Of a stretch of 64,000 nucleotides of DNA, positions 40,384 to 52,677 are shown one piece after another (positions within the stretch are counted from its first letter, which is position 1; each line of letters begins with the position of its first letter). The DNA is taken from NCBI GenBank assembly GCA_051362555.1, contig CM120641.1, forward strand, positions 20,088,001 to 20,152,000. The letters are read 5' to 3'. The notes under the pieces were generated by a model, which saw nothing but the letters and a program-made list of their open reading frames with translations, made no database searches and was not told the DNA's origin. Both the position numbers and the translations under genes were made by a program. This DNA comes from Lingula anatina (taxonomy: Eukaryota > Animalia > Brachiopoda).

Positions 40384-42467
40384 AATGATTTATGGGAACT
40401 CAAAACCAAAAATATGCAATTCAAATTATATTCAAAAAAATACTTTTTAAAAGTCACATATAGGACCTACATTAGTTTGTACTGATAGGCATTATATATC
40501 GTAGGACATAATAGATTTCAATTATTTCCTAGAATGAATACAATCTTTGTTGTTGTAAAATCTTAAACCATTCAAACATATTAAGAGACGTATAATGCTT
40601 CAATTTAAATATATCCCAATAACTCACAGATATAAGATTTTCCATCAGTTCCACATAGCCACTGAATACTAGGACACCCATTGTAGTCACAAACCCCAAA
40701 TCCAGGATATTTTGTGGTACGAGTTGGTACAGTGGTAGTAGTAGTTGTAGTTGTTGAAGGAGTAGTTGTGGTCACTGTTGTGGGTACTGGAGTGGTCTTT
40801 AAACAACGCCCATAACGTTCAATCTTAACATTACTGCCACTACGGCAATTAACATGGTCCAAATGATTTGCACCTTGAATGGAACATTTGAATCCCAACA
40901 GGATGACAACTCACATATTTTAAACACTTTATTCACTCCAATATTTATATATTTTCAAGATATGATTGTAATTAGTTTACATATTAGATTTACTACAAGA
41001 AGTTTACATTCCATCCATCATATTCACAAGCACTTAAATAAATTAATGACTTTTTAATCTTTTTTTTTTTATTATTAAACATGTTCTAGCTTAAAGAATC
41101 AAAATCACATTGCTTAAATATGTGAATAAGTCTGAACTGTTTATCATTAATGCCCTTTGTAAGCTTAATTGTTACACTGTTAATTTACTACCATACATTA
41201 ATTGATAATACTCACAAAGGTATGTCTTGCCATCAGTACCACACACATACTGTTTAGAGCCACAGCCACCATACACACATTTTGGTGTTGTTGAAGGTTT
41301 AGTAGTTGTGGTTATTTTCATTGTGGTACTGGTAGTTGGTGGTACTGTTGTGGATGTTGGTTCTGTGGTGATTGCTACTGTGGTTGTTGGTTCTGCGGTG
41401 GTTGGCACTGTGGTGGTTGGCACTGTGGTTGTTGGTACTGTGGTTGTTGGTACTGTGGTGGTTGGTACTGTGGTTGTTGGTACTGTGGTGGTTGGTTCTG
41501 TGGTGGTTGGTACTGTGGTTGTTGTAACTGTGGTTGTTGGTGCTGTGGTTGTTGGTTCCGTGGTGGTTGGTACTGTGGTTGTTGGTTTTGTGGTGGTTGG
41601 TACTGTTGTTGTTGTTGTTGGTACTGTGGTTGTTGGTTCAGCAGTGGTAGTTGGCTTCGTAGTTGTGGTTGGTTTTATTGTAGTTGTTTTCACTGTAGTA
41701 GTGGTAAATTGAGAACACTCTCCATCACCAATCTTTGACAATGTCTGTCCTTTTCCATTAAAGATGCAAACAGCAATTTCCAGTTCACAGTCATTTCCTG
41801 AAATTGTAACAAGTACATTTTAATCTTAGTAACAAAAACAATTCATTGTTGAAAACCATCGTCAAAATTCAAACAAGATAATATGAAATGCAAAGTACAC
41901 TAAAAAACATTTGATAGCTTTTGCCAATTCTTCATTGATATAATGAGGTACAGACCCTAGCTACAGCAAGAAAAAATCCACTATGCACAGATAAATAAGG
42001 AATATAGTGAAGGTTAAAAGTCTGTCCCATTAACTTACCATATGTCATCATATCAGAGCCACATACTGGTATATATTCCTCCGGACAAAGCTTACTAATA
42101 CAGGCCTGCTGGCCAAGCACAAAAGACACTGGAAAGTGAGAGTAATTAAGGCCAATAATATGCATTGCAAGTCACATTGGGTTTGCAGATTTCATCTATA
42201 TTTGGCATGGTAAAAATGAAAGAATAACTGAAGTTTGTCATGTCATTTTAGTAATATTTACTTAGATATGATGACATGATGATCGAGCCCTAGAAGTGGT
42301 CAATCCAAAAATACAATGCCAAATAATTGAGCTGCAATCCTTTAACCTGTCATCTCTCCTTTTTTTTAACAAAACTGGTTTCTTTGACATAATTATAAAA
42401 TGTATACTAAACCTAATATATACTTACCTAAGAGACATGCCAAAAATGCTGTAAATACACCCATCAT
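38489..42467 (-). CDS. Gene H: secreted Kazal/mucin protein, 5 domains, ~490 aa; exons 42467-42428, 42128-42039, 41797-41216, 40873-40628, 40257-40060, 39113-38940, 38631-38489
   Basis: Signal MMGVFTAFLACLL-VSFVLG, head [14 protein letters not shown], (TTTVP)n stalk, ends GLGLSVIGAIIG*. Exon sum 1473 nt. Confidence 0.92.
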
Positions 42468-43462
42468 TTAGTTTCTTGTAATTCAAATAATGATATCCCT
42501 GGTGGTCAAGCCCCCCTGACACAGCCACAGCTGAAGTAAAATGTGAAGGACAAGGGTGGGAAAATAACATATGGGGGGCATCTTATCTTACCAAGTCCTC
42601 ATACATGATCTGTCCCAGACTCCACACGTACAGCTGTACACCAATTAGACACAAAAACCAGGGGGTATTTGGCCTTCTGATTTACCAGAAGATGGGGCAG
42701 GGTCACAGCTTTCATAACCCTTCTTCCATTTGTAAAGATATGGCGAAACACATATACATGTGCATGTGTGATAAAAAATTATCAGCAAATGAAATAAATG
42801 TGTAAAGAATTTTTAGGTGGTACAATTTAATTGTTTTATCCAAATATGGAGGATCTGCAGATACTTTCACATTGTTCCACTGATATGTTTAACCAATTGA
42901 GAAACTGTCTTTCAGTTTCATTTGCTTACATGCTCTTAGGCTAAAACTTTTAAGTGGAGAAGTGATTCCAAGAAAATATGCAAATATTTCAACAATGGTC
43001 AATTGGCATTGCAAAGACAATTTGTTCTTCTGTCAACTTGGTGTCACATTTACAACAATCATAGTTAAATTTAAAAGTACAAAATAAATCTAAGTAAATA
43101 AAAATCCAATTTGGTATTACAAAGACAATTACGGATGTACTTACTGTCGTAAAACAATATTTTACTATAGGAAAAAAATTTTGACTCAATGATTAATACT
43201 TATGATCAAAGAATATATCCAATCCAATCTTTTCAGTGGGCAAAAATTATCAAACTTTCAGATACATAATTTTATAATTACAAAAATTATATTTCTGTAA
43301 AGCATTTGTGTGCTTTTACTGCATAAAAAAGAACTAATTTGTTGCTTCCACTCAATAAGAAATATCTCATTTAAAGAAGTTCGTTTCTTACTTTAAAATT
43401 AAAGTACCTGTAAAATTCATGATTTTTCCTCATAGAAAAGATAGAGTAATTACCATACTCAC

Positions 43463-43655
43463 AGTAATATTTTTACTTTCAGCTGATGCACACGTAACTG
43501 TATAGTTCAGAGCAACTCTAAGTACCCACATTACGGTTTTGGTGTGGTACCCAGTATTGTTGGTTTGGAAGTTGTTGATTATTTCTATGGAGCTGGGTTT
43601 GGCTTTTTACATAGTTTTTCCATCATACAAACTACAAAATCTATGGAACTTTGAC
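43463..43655 (-). pseudogene. Orphan degenerate Kazal exon, homologous to gene J exon 5 (54170-53961)
   Basis: Shares ATACTCACAGTAATA (donor side), GGTTTGGAAGTTGTTG, GGCTTTTTACA, TTCCATCATACAA and TTTGACCTAAATTGAT (acceptor side) with 53953-54180, with indels. No flanking signal exon found. Confidence 0.75.
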
Positions 43656-44116
43656 CTAAATTGATTAAATTTTTAAGGTTTCATTTTGCAAATTGTCATG
43701 AAGAGAATATATTTTATTTAACTAAAAAAATCTCAAATAACTACTCTGCATCATATGTAATAACTGTTTGGGGATTACCTTACAAATTACACAAACCAGA
43801 TAAATGAACCATTTACTGATTAAACAAGGAAATTGATTTCATTAAATATTCAAACATGTATTCAAAACAGGTTGAATTACTGGTATCAAGTCATTTTAAT
43901 TTACATGTTGAGCTGACATTTTGTTATATGTTTTATTCACCGTAGCAGACATCTTTTTGTTTACACTTATAATAGACTATGTTAAAAAAGAACATGTTTG
44001 GAAAGATGTGTTTAACTTATATGATGGTAAGAAAAATAATTCTTTACAATGTGTAAGATATACAAGATAAAAATGGTGTTTTATTCCAACTAGCAGTATT
44101 GATTAATTTACTATGG

Positions 44117-46552
44117 GTAACAAGGCAGCAAAGCTGTCAAATGTACAGACAAAAAACAGGAAATAACTAGATTGAATCTGACAAACTGCAATGATATGAG
44201 TTTATTTCCATTTTTGAAACTTTATTACACAATACACGATAACAAGTTTACCATCATTTTTACATAATCAACTAATGATGTTGTAAAGATGCAGGAAATG
44301 CCAAACAAACACTTTTACGTATCTTATTAATTAAATAATGAAACTGTTAACATGCCTAAGAAATGAATCTGAGGAAATGTGAAAAAACGGCATTTCTTTA
44401 AAATAATGGCCCGATTAAGCTGATTTTTGAACTCAACCTGCATTTTAGCAGGAATGACCACTCCTGTGAGTTTCATGACAATTGGCGTATCTGTTTTTCT
44501 TATATTGTATTTACTGTGTTGCATATATGCTGAAAAGTGAAGAAAAAAGCAAAACTAATAAAATAATAATAAAACAGTGGCCCGATCATGCCGATTTTCG
44601 AACCTGACCTGCGTTATAATAAGATCGATTACTCCTGTGAGTTTCATGACAACAGGCCTATCAGTTTTCCTTGAAATGTGTTTTCAGTGTTGCATATATG
44701 CTGAAAAGTTAAAAAAAACAGCACAACTTCCCTTAAAATGGCCCGATCATGCTGATTTTCGAACTTGACCTGCGTTTTATGAATATTCATCAGCTCTGTA
44801 AATATACAGCCAAAAAGTAAAACTGCCTTCCACTTATCATGTTTACAATGAAAGTGCACGGCGCCAGCGCCGGCGACAGTGACGGCGACGACTGCAGATA
44901 CAGGTGATGGCAATATGTACAGACACATCTGTACATATTTACTGTACTGTTTGAGAACAGTAAGTGACATTGTTTTTCTTAAATGGTCATCATGGGAGCA
45001 GTGCCCAAAATAGGTTTTTTCAAATTTTGATGCAATATTACATAATGTTTAACAGCATAATGACCATCAATTTTAATAATAAAATATTAGTATCATGGAT
45101 ATTCAGAAAATGTGACTAGCAAAGGTCTTCAGGCCCATGGAACTTCAAAGTCACTACTTGAAAATGCCAAAATGTAAACAAGACAGCACTGTTCTGAAAT
45201 GTTTTTTTTTCCATTTTTAACAATTTTTTTAACATAAAACAAAATTAACAGGTTACTGCCATCTTTATATGATCAACTAAGAAAATTGATAAGATGGGAA
45301 AAATATAAATACAACAGTGTTAAATGTCCAATTTCCTCCATTCTGAGATTCTAAACATAGTGAATGATTGCATCTGACAAACTGCAATGATATGAGTTTA
45401 TTTCCATTTTTGAAACTTTATTACACAATACATGATAACAAGTTTACCATCAGTTTTACATAATCAACTAATAATGTTGTAAAGATACAGGAAATGTCAA
45501 CCAAACACTTTAACATGTCTTATTAGTTAAATAATGAGACTGTTAACATGCCTAAGAATTGAATCTGAGGAAATGTGAAACAAGACAGCACTGTTCTGAC
45601 ATGGGTTTATTTCCATTTTTAACACTTTTTTTAACATAAAACAAAATAAACAGTTTACTGCAATTTTTATATGATCAACTAAGAAAATTGATGAGATGGG
45701 GAAAATATCAATAGAATAGTGTTAAATGTCTAATTTCCTCCATTCTGAGATTCTGAACATAGTGAATGATTAAATCTGACAAACTGCAATGATATGAGTT
45801 TATTTCCATTTTTGACACTTTATTACACAATACACGATAACAAGTTTACCATCATTTTTACATAATCAACTAACAATGTTGTAAAGATGCAGGAAATGTC
45901 AAACAAACACTTTTACGTATCTTATTAGTTCAATAATGAGATTGTTAACATGCCTAAGAGTTGAATCTGAGGAAATGTGAAAAAACAGCATAAATTCTAA
46001 AATAATGCCCCGATTATGCTGATTTTCGAACTCAACCTGCATTTTAATAAGATTGACCACTCCTGTGAGTTTAATGACAATTGGCCTATCTGTTTTTCTT
46101 AAATTGTGTTTACAGTGTTGCATATATGCTGAAAAATGAAAAAAAAACAGCATAACTACTAAAACAGTGGCCCGATCATGCTGATTTTTGAACTTGACCT
46201 GTGTTTTTATAAGACTGATTACTCCTGTGAGTTTCATGACAACAGGCCTAACGGTTTTCCTTAAAATGTGTTTACAGGGTTGCATATATGCTGAAAAAAG
46301 TGAAAAAACAGCATAACTTCCCTTAAAATGGCCCGATCATGCTGATTTTCGAACTTGACCTGCGTTTTATGAATATTCATCAGCTCTGTAAATATTAAGC
46401 CAAAAAGTAAAACTGCCCTCCACTTATCGTGTTTACAAGGAAAGTGCACGGCGACGGCGACGGCATCGGCATCGGCATCGGCATCGGCATCGGCGACGAC
46501 AGACGCAGGTGATGGCAATATGTACAGACACATCTGTGTCTGTACATAAAAA
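44117..46552. mobile_element. Tandem/nested pair of non-autonomous Helentron-like (HINE/CvA-type) elements with internal ~161-170 bp core repeats
   Basis: The 5' end TAACAAGG...ATGTACAGAC is inverted to the arm of the terminal hairpin ATGTACAGACACA-TC-TGTGTCTGTACAT (46520-46547), which is followed by AAAAA. GCCCGAT-type cores at ~44410/44580/44741 and ~46007/46170/46331. GC-rich microsatellite (GGCATC/GGCGAC)n before each end. The family assignment rests on structure only. Confidence 0.75.
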
Positions 46553-46856
46553 TGTGGGGACAGATCCAGCAATCCAAGCTGACAGACTTCAGTCCAGGGC
46601 TGACAATCTTAAATAGTCAATTTAAAAATAAAAACTTAATTTTATATTTCAAAGAGTCTTTCAAGATAAATCAGACCGTCTTCATGCATAGCAACAAAAT
46701 CCACCCTTGAAAGATATCATATGTGGTGCAGCTATTTATGTGTAAAACAAACACTCATGTTTTTATAACTGAACACCACCATCATATAAACAGTTAATTT
46801 TATTTCAATATCAAAGCAGTGATTATAAAACAGAAATGGCAGTGTTTTAGACCATA

Positions 46857-49800
46857 TTATCCCACAACAGGACTTCCATTGCACTCTACCTCACGAGGAG
46901 GTGTGAGCCCCTGACTCTGATAGCGACAGATCTCCCAGTGCAAAGCACATTGACTGCCTGAAAAAGATTAGGAATCTCAACATAAGTATATAATATATAC
47001 TTTGTCTACACTTTGCGGGTAATATTGAATCCTGTCCCTAATTAATATTAGTACATTTTTTTTTGCATTTTATACCTTTTAAAAACCAAGAGATACAAAT
47101 ATTATTCTACACTTAAAAACATTTATCATCATTTTCAGAAAATATAGCAACTAAAACAAAAGTGTACATAATCAAGATTTTACTTAATCTTATGATTGAA
47201 TAAAAACATTTACAGTTTTTCTGAATCATGATGAGCATACATATAAATCAGTATATCAACACACATGCCAAAATACTTTGTAGCTATACTCATAACACAA
47301 TACATTTACCATAGATTTTTCCTCTGTTATCACAGTGCTCTCTGGGAGACAAGGAGCAGCGAGCACTGCAAGGAAAGGCCACAAATGGTGTGCTCATTGC
47401 CAGTGGAGACACAGTGGTTGTCAGACATCTTTGAATGTTGGCTACATACACACTTGTCTTGTTACGACACTTCTGGTGCTTAAAGTTAGACAAACCTACA
47501 AATGTGATTAAATGATAGAAAGTAAAGTTCATTGAAACTATAGTGCTAAAAAGGATAATCATTCTACAGCAATAATAACCAGCTAGTAAAAAGAAAAGAT
47601 GCCCCCACTAAGTTCTGTCTGCTTCACAGGCTAAAATAATTATTGTATAAGCACACTACTCCATGCCCCAGTAAATTTGTCTGTGACCAACTGCTAACAA
47701 AAAAGTAACATGCACTGTATCTTACACTGGTATATCTTTCCATCAGAGCCACAGACAGCCGGATCACTGACAGCACAATCAGGGGAGGGGCAGCATCGGC
47801 CTTGATAGGCCACACCCACAGCAGTATAATTTACACAGTTTGTGTATTCTATCTTTTCTTTACCTGGAAGGTTTAAACAAAATAGTGTATTCATCTGTTT
47901 TAAAATTATGGCAGATTGGTAATAATTATATTCAGACCTAGGCAAATACAACATATGTGTTGGAATTTTACAAATGTTTCAATTTTTAATAATTAAGCAC
48001 ACAAAACTTACAAAGACAAATTATTTAGCCAATAAGTAAATAAATTAATCTGAATAAACAAACAAAATAATGGCATTTCAAACCATCCAACATTAAAATG
48101 AAAACTACAATTACAACTGTGTTACAAACACAATAGTAACATAAGTGAAAATGTCTCACACTTGTAAGTTTTTCCATCAGTACCACACACTTTAGTAGAG
48201 CCATCTGGACAACGAGCCCTGGGACAGAGTTTGGCTGTAGTAGTTGGTGCGGTCGTTGTCCTTCTTGCACAGCGACCATCGTGAGCAACAGTGACAGCAC
48301 TGCCTTCTAAACAACTCACATAAACCAGGTAGTTAGCACCTAACATGATAATGATCAATGTACCACAATTGGTTGAACACACTTTGCATAACATGAAATA
48401 TTTGAACTATAGGAAGTCTAGTCTTAGAATTGAACAGATATTTTAATGGATTGTGCATGTATTTGAAGTTTAATAACATATGTTATGGTGGAAATGATTT
48501 TAAGTACCGACATTGATAATATGACGACTTTTTTTACATAAAACTGCATTACATAAGTGGATGTACTATACTAACATTCTTCTCTTCCGTGTTGCCACAC
48601 TATTCTAATTGAATCAGAACACTCAATCTCTCATTTGACCTAGCTTTTGGAAATAATACTTACAGATATAGCTATTTCCATCAGTTCCACAAACATAATC
48701 TAGGTCCCCACAGCCGTAAAATGTACATTTATTTGCTGGTTTCATGGTAGACTTCTCTGTTGTGGAGGGTTTTTCTGTTGTAGTGGGGTTTTCTATTGTG
48801 GTAGGGATTTGTGTTGTGGAAAGGATAGTTGTGGTTGTTGGGACTAGTGTGGTAGTGGTTGGTTCTTGGGTGGTTATTGGTTCCTGTGTTGTTGGTTTTG
48901 GGGTAGTGGTTTTTGGCTCTGGGGTGGTGGGTTTTGGGGTAGTGGTTGTTGGCTCTGGTGTTGTTGGTTTTGGGGTAGTGGTTGTTGGCTCTGGTGTTGT
49001 TGGTTTTGGAGTAGTGGTTGTTGGCTCTGGGGTGGTGGGTTTTGGGGTAGTGGTTGTTGGCTTTGGGGTGGTTGGTTTTAGGGTAGTGTTGGTTTGCTCT
49101 GGGGTGGTTGGTTTTGGAGTAGTGGTTGTTGGCTCTGGTGTTATTGGTTCTGGGGTAGTGGTTGTTGGCTCTGGGGTGGTTGGTTTTGGGGTAGTGGTTG
49201 TTGGCTCAGGGGTGGTTGGTTTTGGGGAAGTGGTTGTTGGCTTTGGGGTGGTTGGTTTTGGGGTAGCAGTGGTTTTCTCTGGGGTGGTTGGTTTTGAAGT
49301 AGTGGTTGTTGGCTCTGGTGTTGTTGGTTTTGGGGTAGTGGTTGTTGGCTCTGGTGTTGTTGGTTCTGGGGTAGTGGTTGTTGGCTCTGGTGTTGTTGGT
49401 TTTGGAGCAGCGGTTGTTGGCTCAGGGGTTGTTGGTTTTGGGGTAGTGGTTAGCTTTGTAGTTGTTTGTTTTGGGGTAGTGGTTGTTGGCTTTGGGGTGG
49501 TTGGTTTGGGGGTAGTGGTTGTTGGCTCTATTGTTGATGATTTTTGGGTAGTGGTTGGTTTAGGAGTTGTTGGTTTTGGAGTCGTGGTAGGTTTAAGAGT
49601 GGTAGTTAGTTCTATTGTGGTTGTGGTAGGCTGAGTAGTTTTTATAGCATTTATGGTTAATTGTGAGCATTCACCATCTCCGACTTTTGACAATTTGGTT
49701 CCCTGATTTTGAAACAAACATATGGCAATCTCTAGTTCACAGTCATTGCCTGGAAATGTAAAAGAAGTCTTTTAAAATCTGTGTGAGAAATTCATTTGAT

Positions 49801-51687
49801 AGGAAATGAAAGCTAATGCTACTCAAATATTCTGACTTAAAGGGACTGTACACTGGATATTTAAAACAAATAATAGTTGTAGAAATTCCTAGTTTACTCA
49901 ACAATTCTTTAATCAATATTACAAAAGCATTTTTCTTTTTTTTATTTAGAAGAGCAAAAGTTTTATGGTTGCCTTGCTAAAGCTATTTTTGAGTAGAAAA
50001 ATGTAATTTTATTATTTTATAATCATATAAATTATACTGTCCCTTTAGACAACAACAAGATCTTCTGTTACTTAAAAACCATGCTTTAATGCAATTTTAA
50101 TTGAAATGTACCAACAGTAAAACATGTCCAACCAATACTATATTTGATATTGTCCAATTATCACTAAACCTTTATTTTTGTTCATATAGAACAGCGCATG
50201 TAAAAAATAAATTGTCTGAAATTGCTATGTCATCTCAACTCTTAAAACTACAAAATATTTGTCCAAATGCCACCATTGCCAGTAGTTTCGCACCTTTCAA
50301 ACATAACTGATTAATTCTTTTTCCAATAAAACAATGGTCAAAATTTGATCGAATTTTGAAATGGAATATATAAAACATAAAAGCAATTTTGTGAGCAACT
50401 AAACAGGATAATTCTTGAAAAAAATGAAGATTGGATATTTGGCATGTTTCAGTTTTTTGAGTAACTATGTTGTATAAACATGTAACCAATAGACTTACCA
50501 TATGTTCTCCTATCTGAGCCACAAACAGGAATGTATTCCTCTGGACACAATTTGGAAACACAGTTGTCCTGGGCCCTTACATTAACAACTAGGATAAAGT
50601 TAGCATACAAAAATACAACAAACATGCATATAAAAGAATAATAATAAAATTGCTCAACAAAGCAAGGACTTGTGAACTATGTAACAAATAAATCTAACAT
50701 ATATAAAAACATATAATAAAAACAGAGGAACAATATAATAATGATAACTTTATTTAAAATTATTGCAACCAAAAGGTCAAGGTGGTAAAAAACTGTGAGG
50801 TCAAATAAAAAAATAAAATATTAACATTAAAATCAAGTTAATTTCAAAATAAACAAAAACCTCTAAAAGTTAGTTAAATAAATGTAATCACATGCAAAAG
50901 TAATAATTCAACTTATCCTTGTCAATTTTAATGTTCTCAAAGAAGGAATGCCATAGTACTAAGTGCTGTTTTTCTAAATTGACAAGTTTTGCTTTTACCA
51001 GGGCATCAACAATCAGGAAATATAGTCCTGAGTGCCATTGACTGCCAAAAAGAAAAGGGTATTTATACTACACTTTAAGTTCATAGAAAATTTGAGCCCT
51101 GCACAGGTTGTGTTGATTTCTGACCAGTGTGACAGCCTGTTGATATTGACATTACTCCACCTGTCTCTTAGGCACTCTCTCTCCTAGCCTCTCTCACAGA
51201 CATGAATATTTCAATACATCAGGGATTGTTTTTACAAATAAACCATAAACATGATCCAAATGAAAATCAAATTAGTTCATCCTAGGTCTACTATCAATCT
51301 ACAAAAAAAAAAAAAAAAAAAAAAAACTCCAAAATTGTGGCCTCTATTACCATACAATATTTGACCACAAACTCACAAACAATCATAGCAATACTTGAAA
51401 TTTTACCTTTTGGAAAACCACTAAAAACAACTTAAAATGTGTAGTACTTCAGCCTTTTTAGCTTAAAAACAGAAGTGAAACCTCCTTTATGACCAATAAA
51501 GCAGGTTTAATAGCAAGCATTATAACAAATGATGTGCAAACCTCTTCAAAATGTTGAAATATCTAAGTTAAGCCAATATAATGACAATTGAAAAATTCTA
51601 CAGTTATGAAAATATTATGAAAATAACATATAGCAACTTACCTGCAACTGCTACGAAAAGACAAACAATAGAAAATGCCTTTTCCAT
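46857..51687 (-). CDS. Gene I: secreted Kazal/mucin protein with the longest stalk, 5 domains, ~608 aa; exons 51687-51642, 50588-50499, 49749-48664, 48339-48160, 47863-47726, 47495-47310, 46957-46857
   Basis: Signal MEKAFSIVCLFVAVA-VVNVRA, head [14 protein letters not shown], ([12 protein letters not shown])n stalk, ends REVECNGSPVVG*. Exon sum 1827 nt. Confidence 0.92.
49841..50044. mobile_element. Short MITE with AGGGAC termini (TTAA-site, Kolobok-like) in intron 2 of gene I
   Basis: TTAA|AGGGACTGTA ... TACTGTCCCT|TTAG: imperfect TIRs and an imperfect TTAA duplication. Confidence 0.5.
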
Positions 51688-52461
51688 TCTTCAAATGCAC
51701 CTCCCACAAACTGGTCGTCTGTAGTGCCCTGGCAGAAGTCAAGGTGTGCTCCCACCTGTCAGAGTTTATCTCAGGGCTTAACATCTGTCCAATTGAAGAC
51801 ATGAAGGTTGCATAATTACTTCTGACAAAACCATGTACCGATCATGGTGACCTGAGCACTAGCAGCTGTTAAATTTGCATAAGGCTTAAAGATGGACCAA
51901 GTTATTTAAATATTAAATATTAAAAACAAAATTGAAGTTGAGCTTTGGAATATGCCGGAAAACTCCTGTCAAGTGACATATGAGCATGAGATCTGAGTCA
52001 AGAGAATTTTACACAGATAACATCTGCACCTAATCCAGATATCTTTCCAAATGCCATTTCTTATTATAAAAATCTTAAATGGTGTAAATAAGTGAATTAT
52101 GCCTTAAATATATAATAGTTTAACTCCAAAATTTTATTCTCTTCTGGCCATTGTGGTGATAGTCTTGTCATTACTTAATTTTGCCTTTTTTTTAGTTTTA
52201 ATGTGACATTTTGAAAAATGAAAACAATTTGATTAAAAAATATAAATTAATAAAATCAGATGAAGCATCTATATTTCTTTGATAAGATTGTTTACTTGTA
52301 TCTTAATTCATACATTATTCTCATAATTAAAATCAATTGTTACAATTGATCAAAACAACTCTGCAAAGAGACTCATCCCCAGTATAAATGTTCCTTATAC
52401 ACCATTTCTAACTGAATTTACACTGTTGGAAATAAAAATGTCAAAAATTTTAATTAAAACA

Positions 52462-52500
52462 TTATGTACAGACACATCTGTGTCTGTACATAAAAAAAAA
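52462..52500. mobile_element. Solo terminal hairpin of the Helentron-like family
   Basis: TATGTACAGACACATCTGTGTCTGTACATAAAAA, identical to 46519-46552. Confidence 0.75.
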
Positions 52501-52677
52501 AGAAAAACATTACATCTGTGGAATATTGACAATATAGGGAGATACCAGCTTGCAATCTTTTTATTTGAAAATTTCAGTTTTTGTATATGAGCATATATAG
52601 GACAAAAAGTGAAATTGAAGAGTTTTCTAAAGATATTATCCATCTGATCTGCCAAACTGTAGGGCGATAAAATTGTT

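Noticed and set aside
44327-46577. ORFs of 60-128 aa in the repeat block
   Set aside because: They translate the core repeats and microsatellite of the non-autonomous element; no Rep, helicase or transposase motifs.
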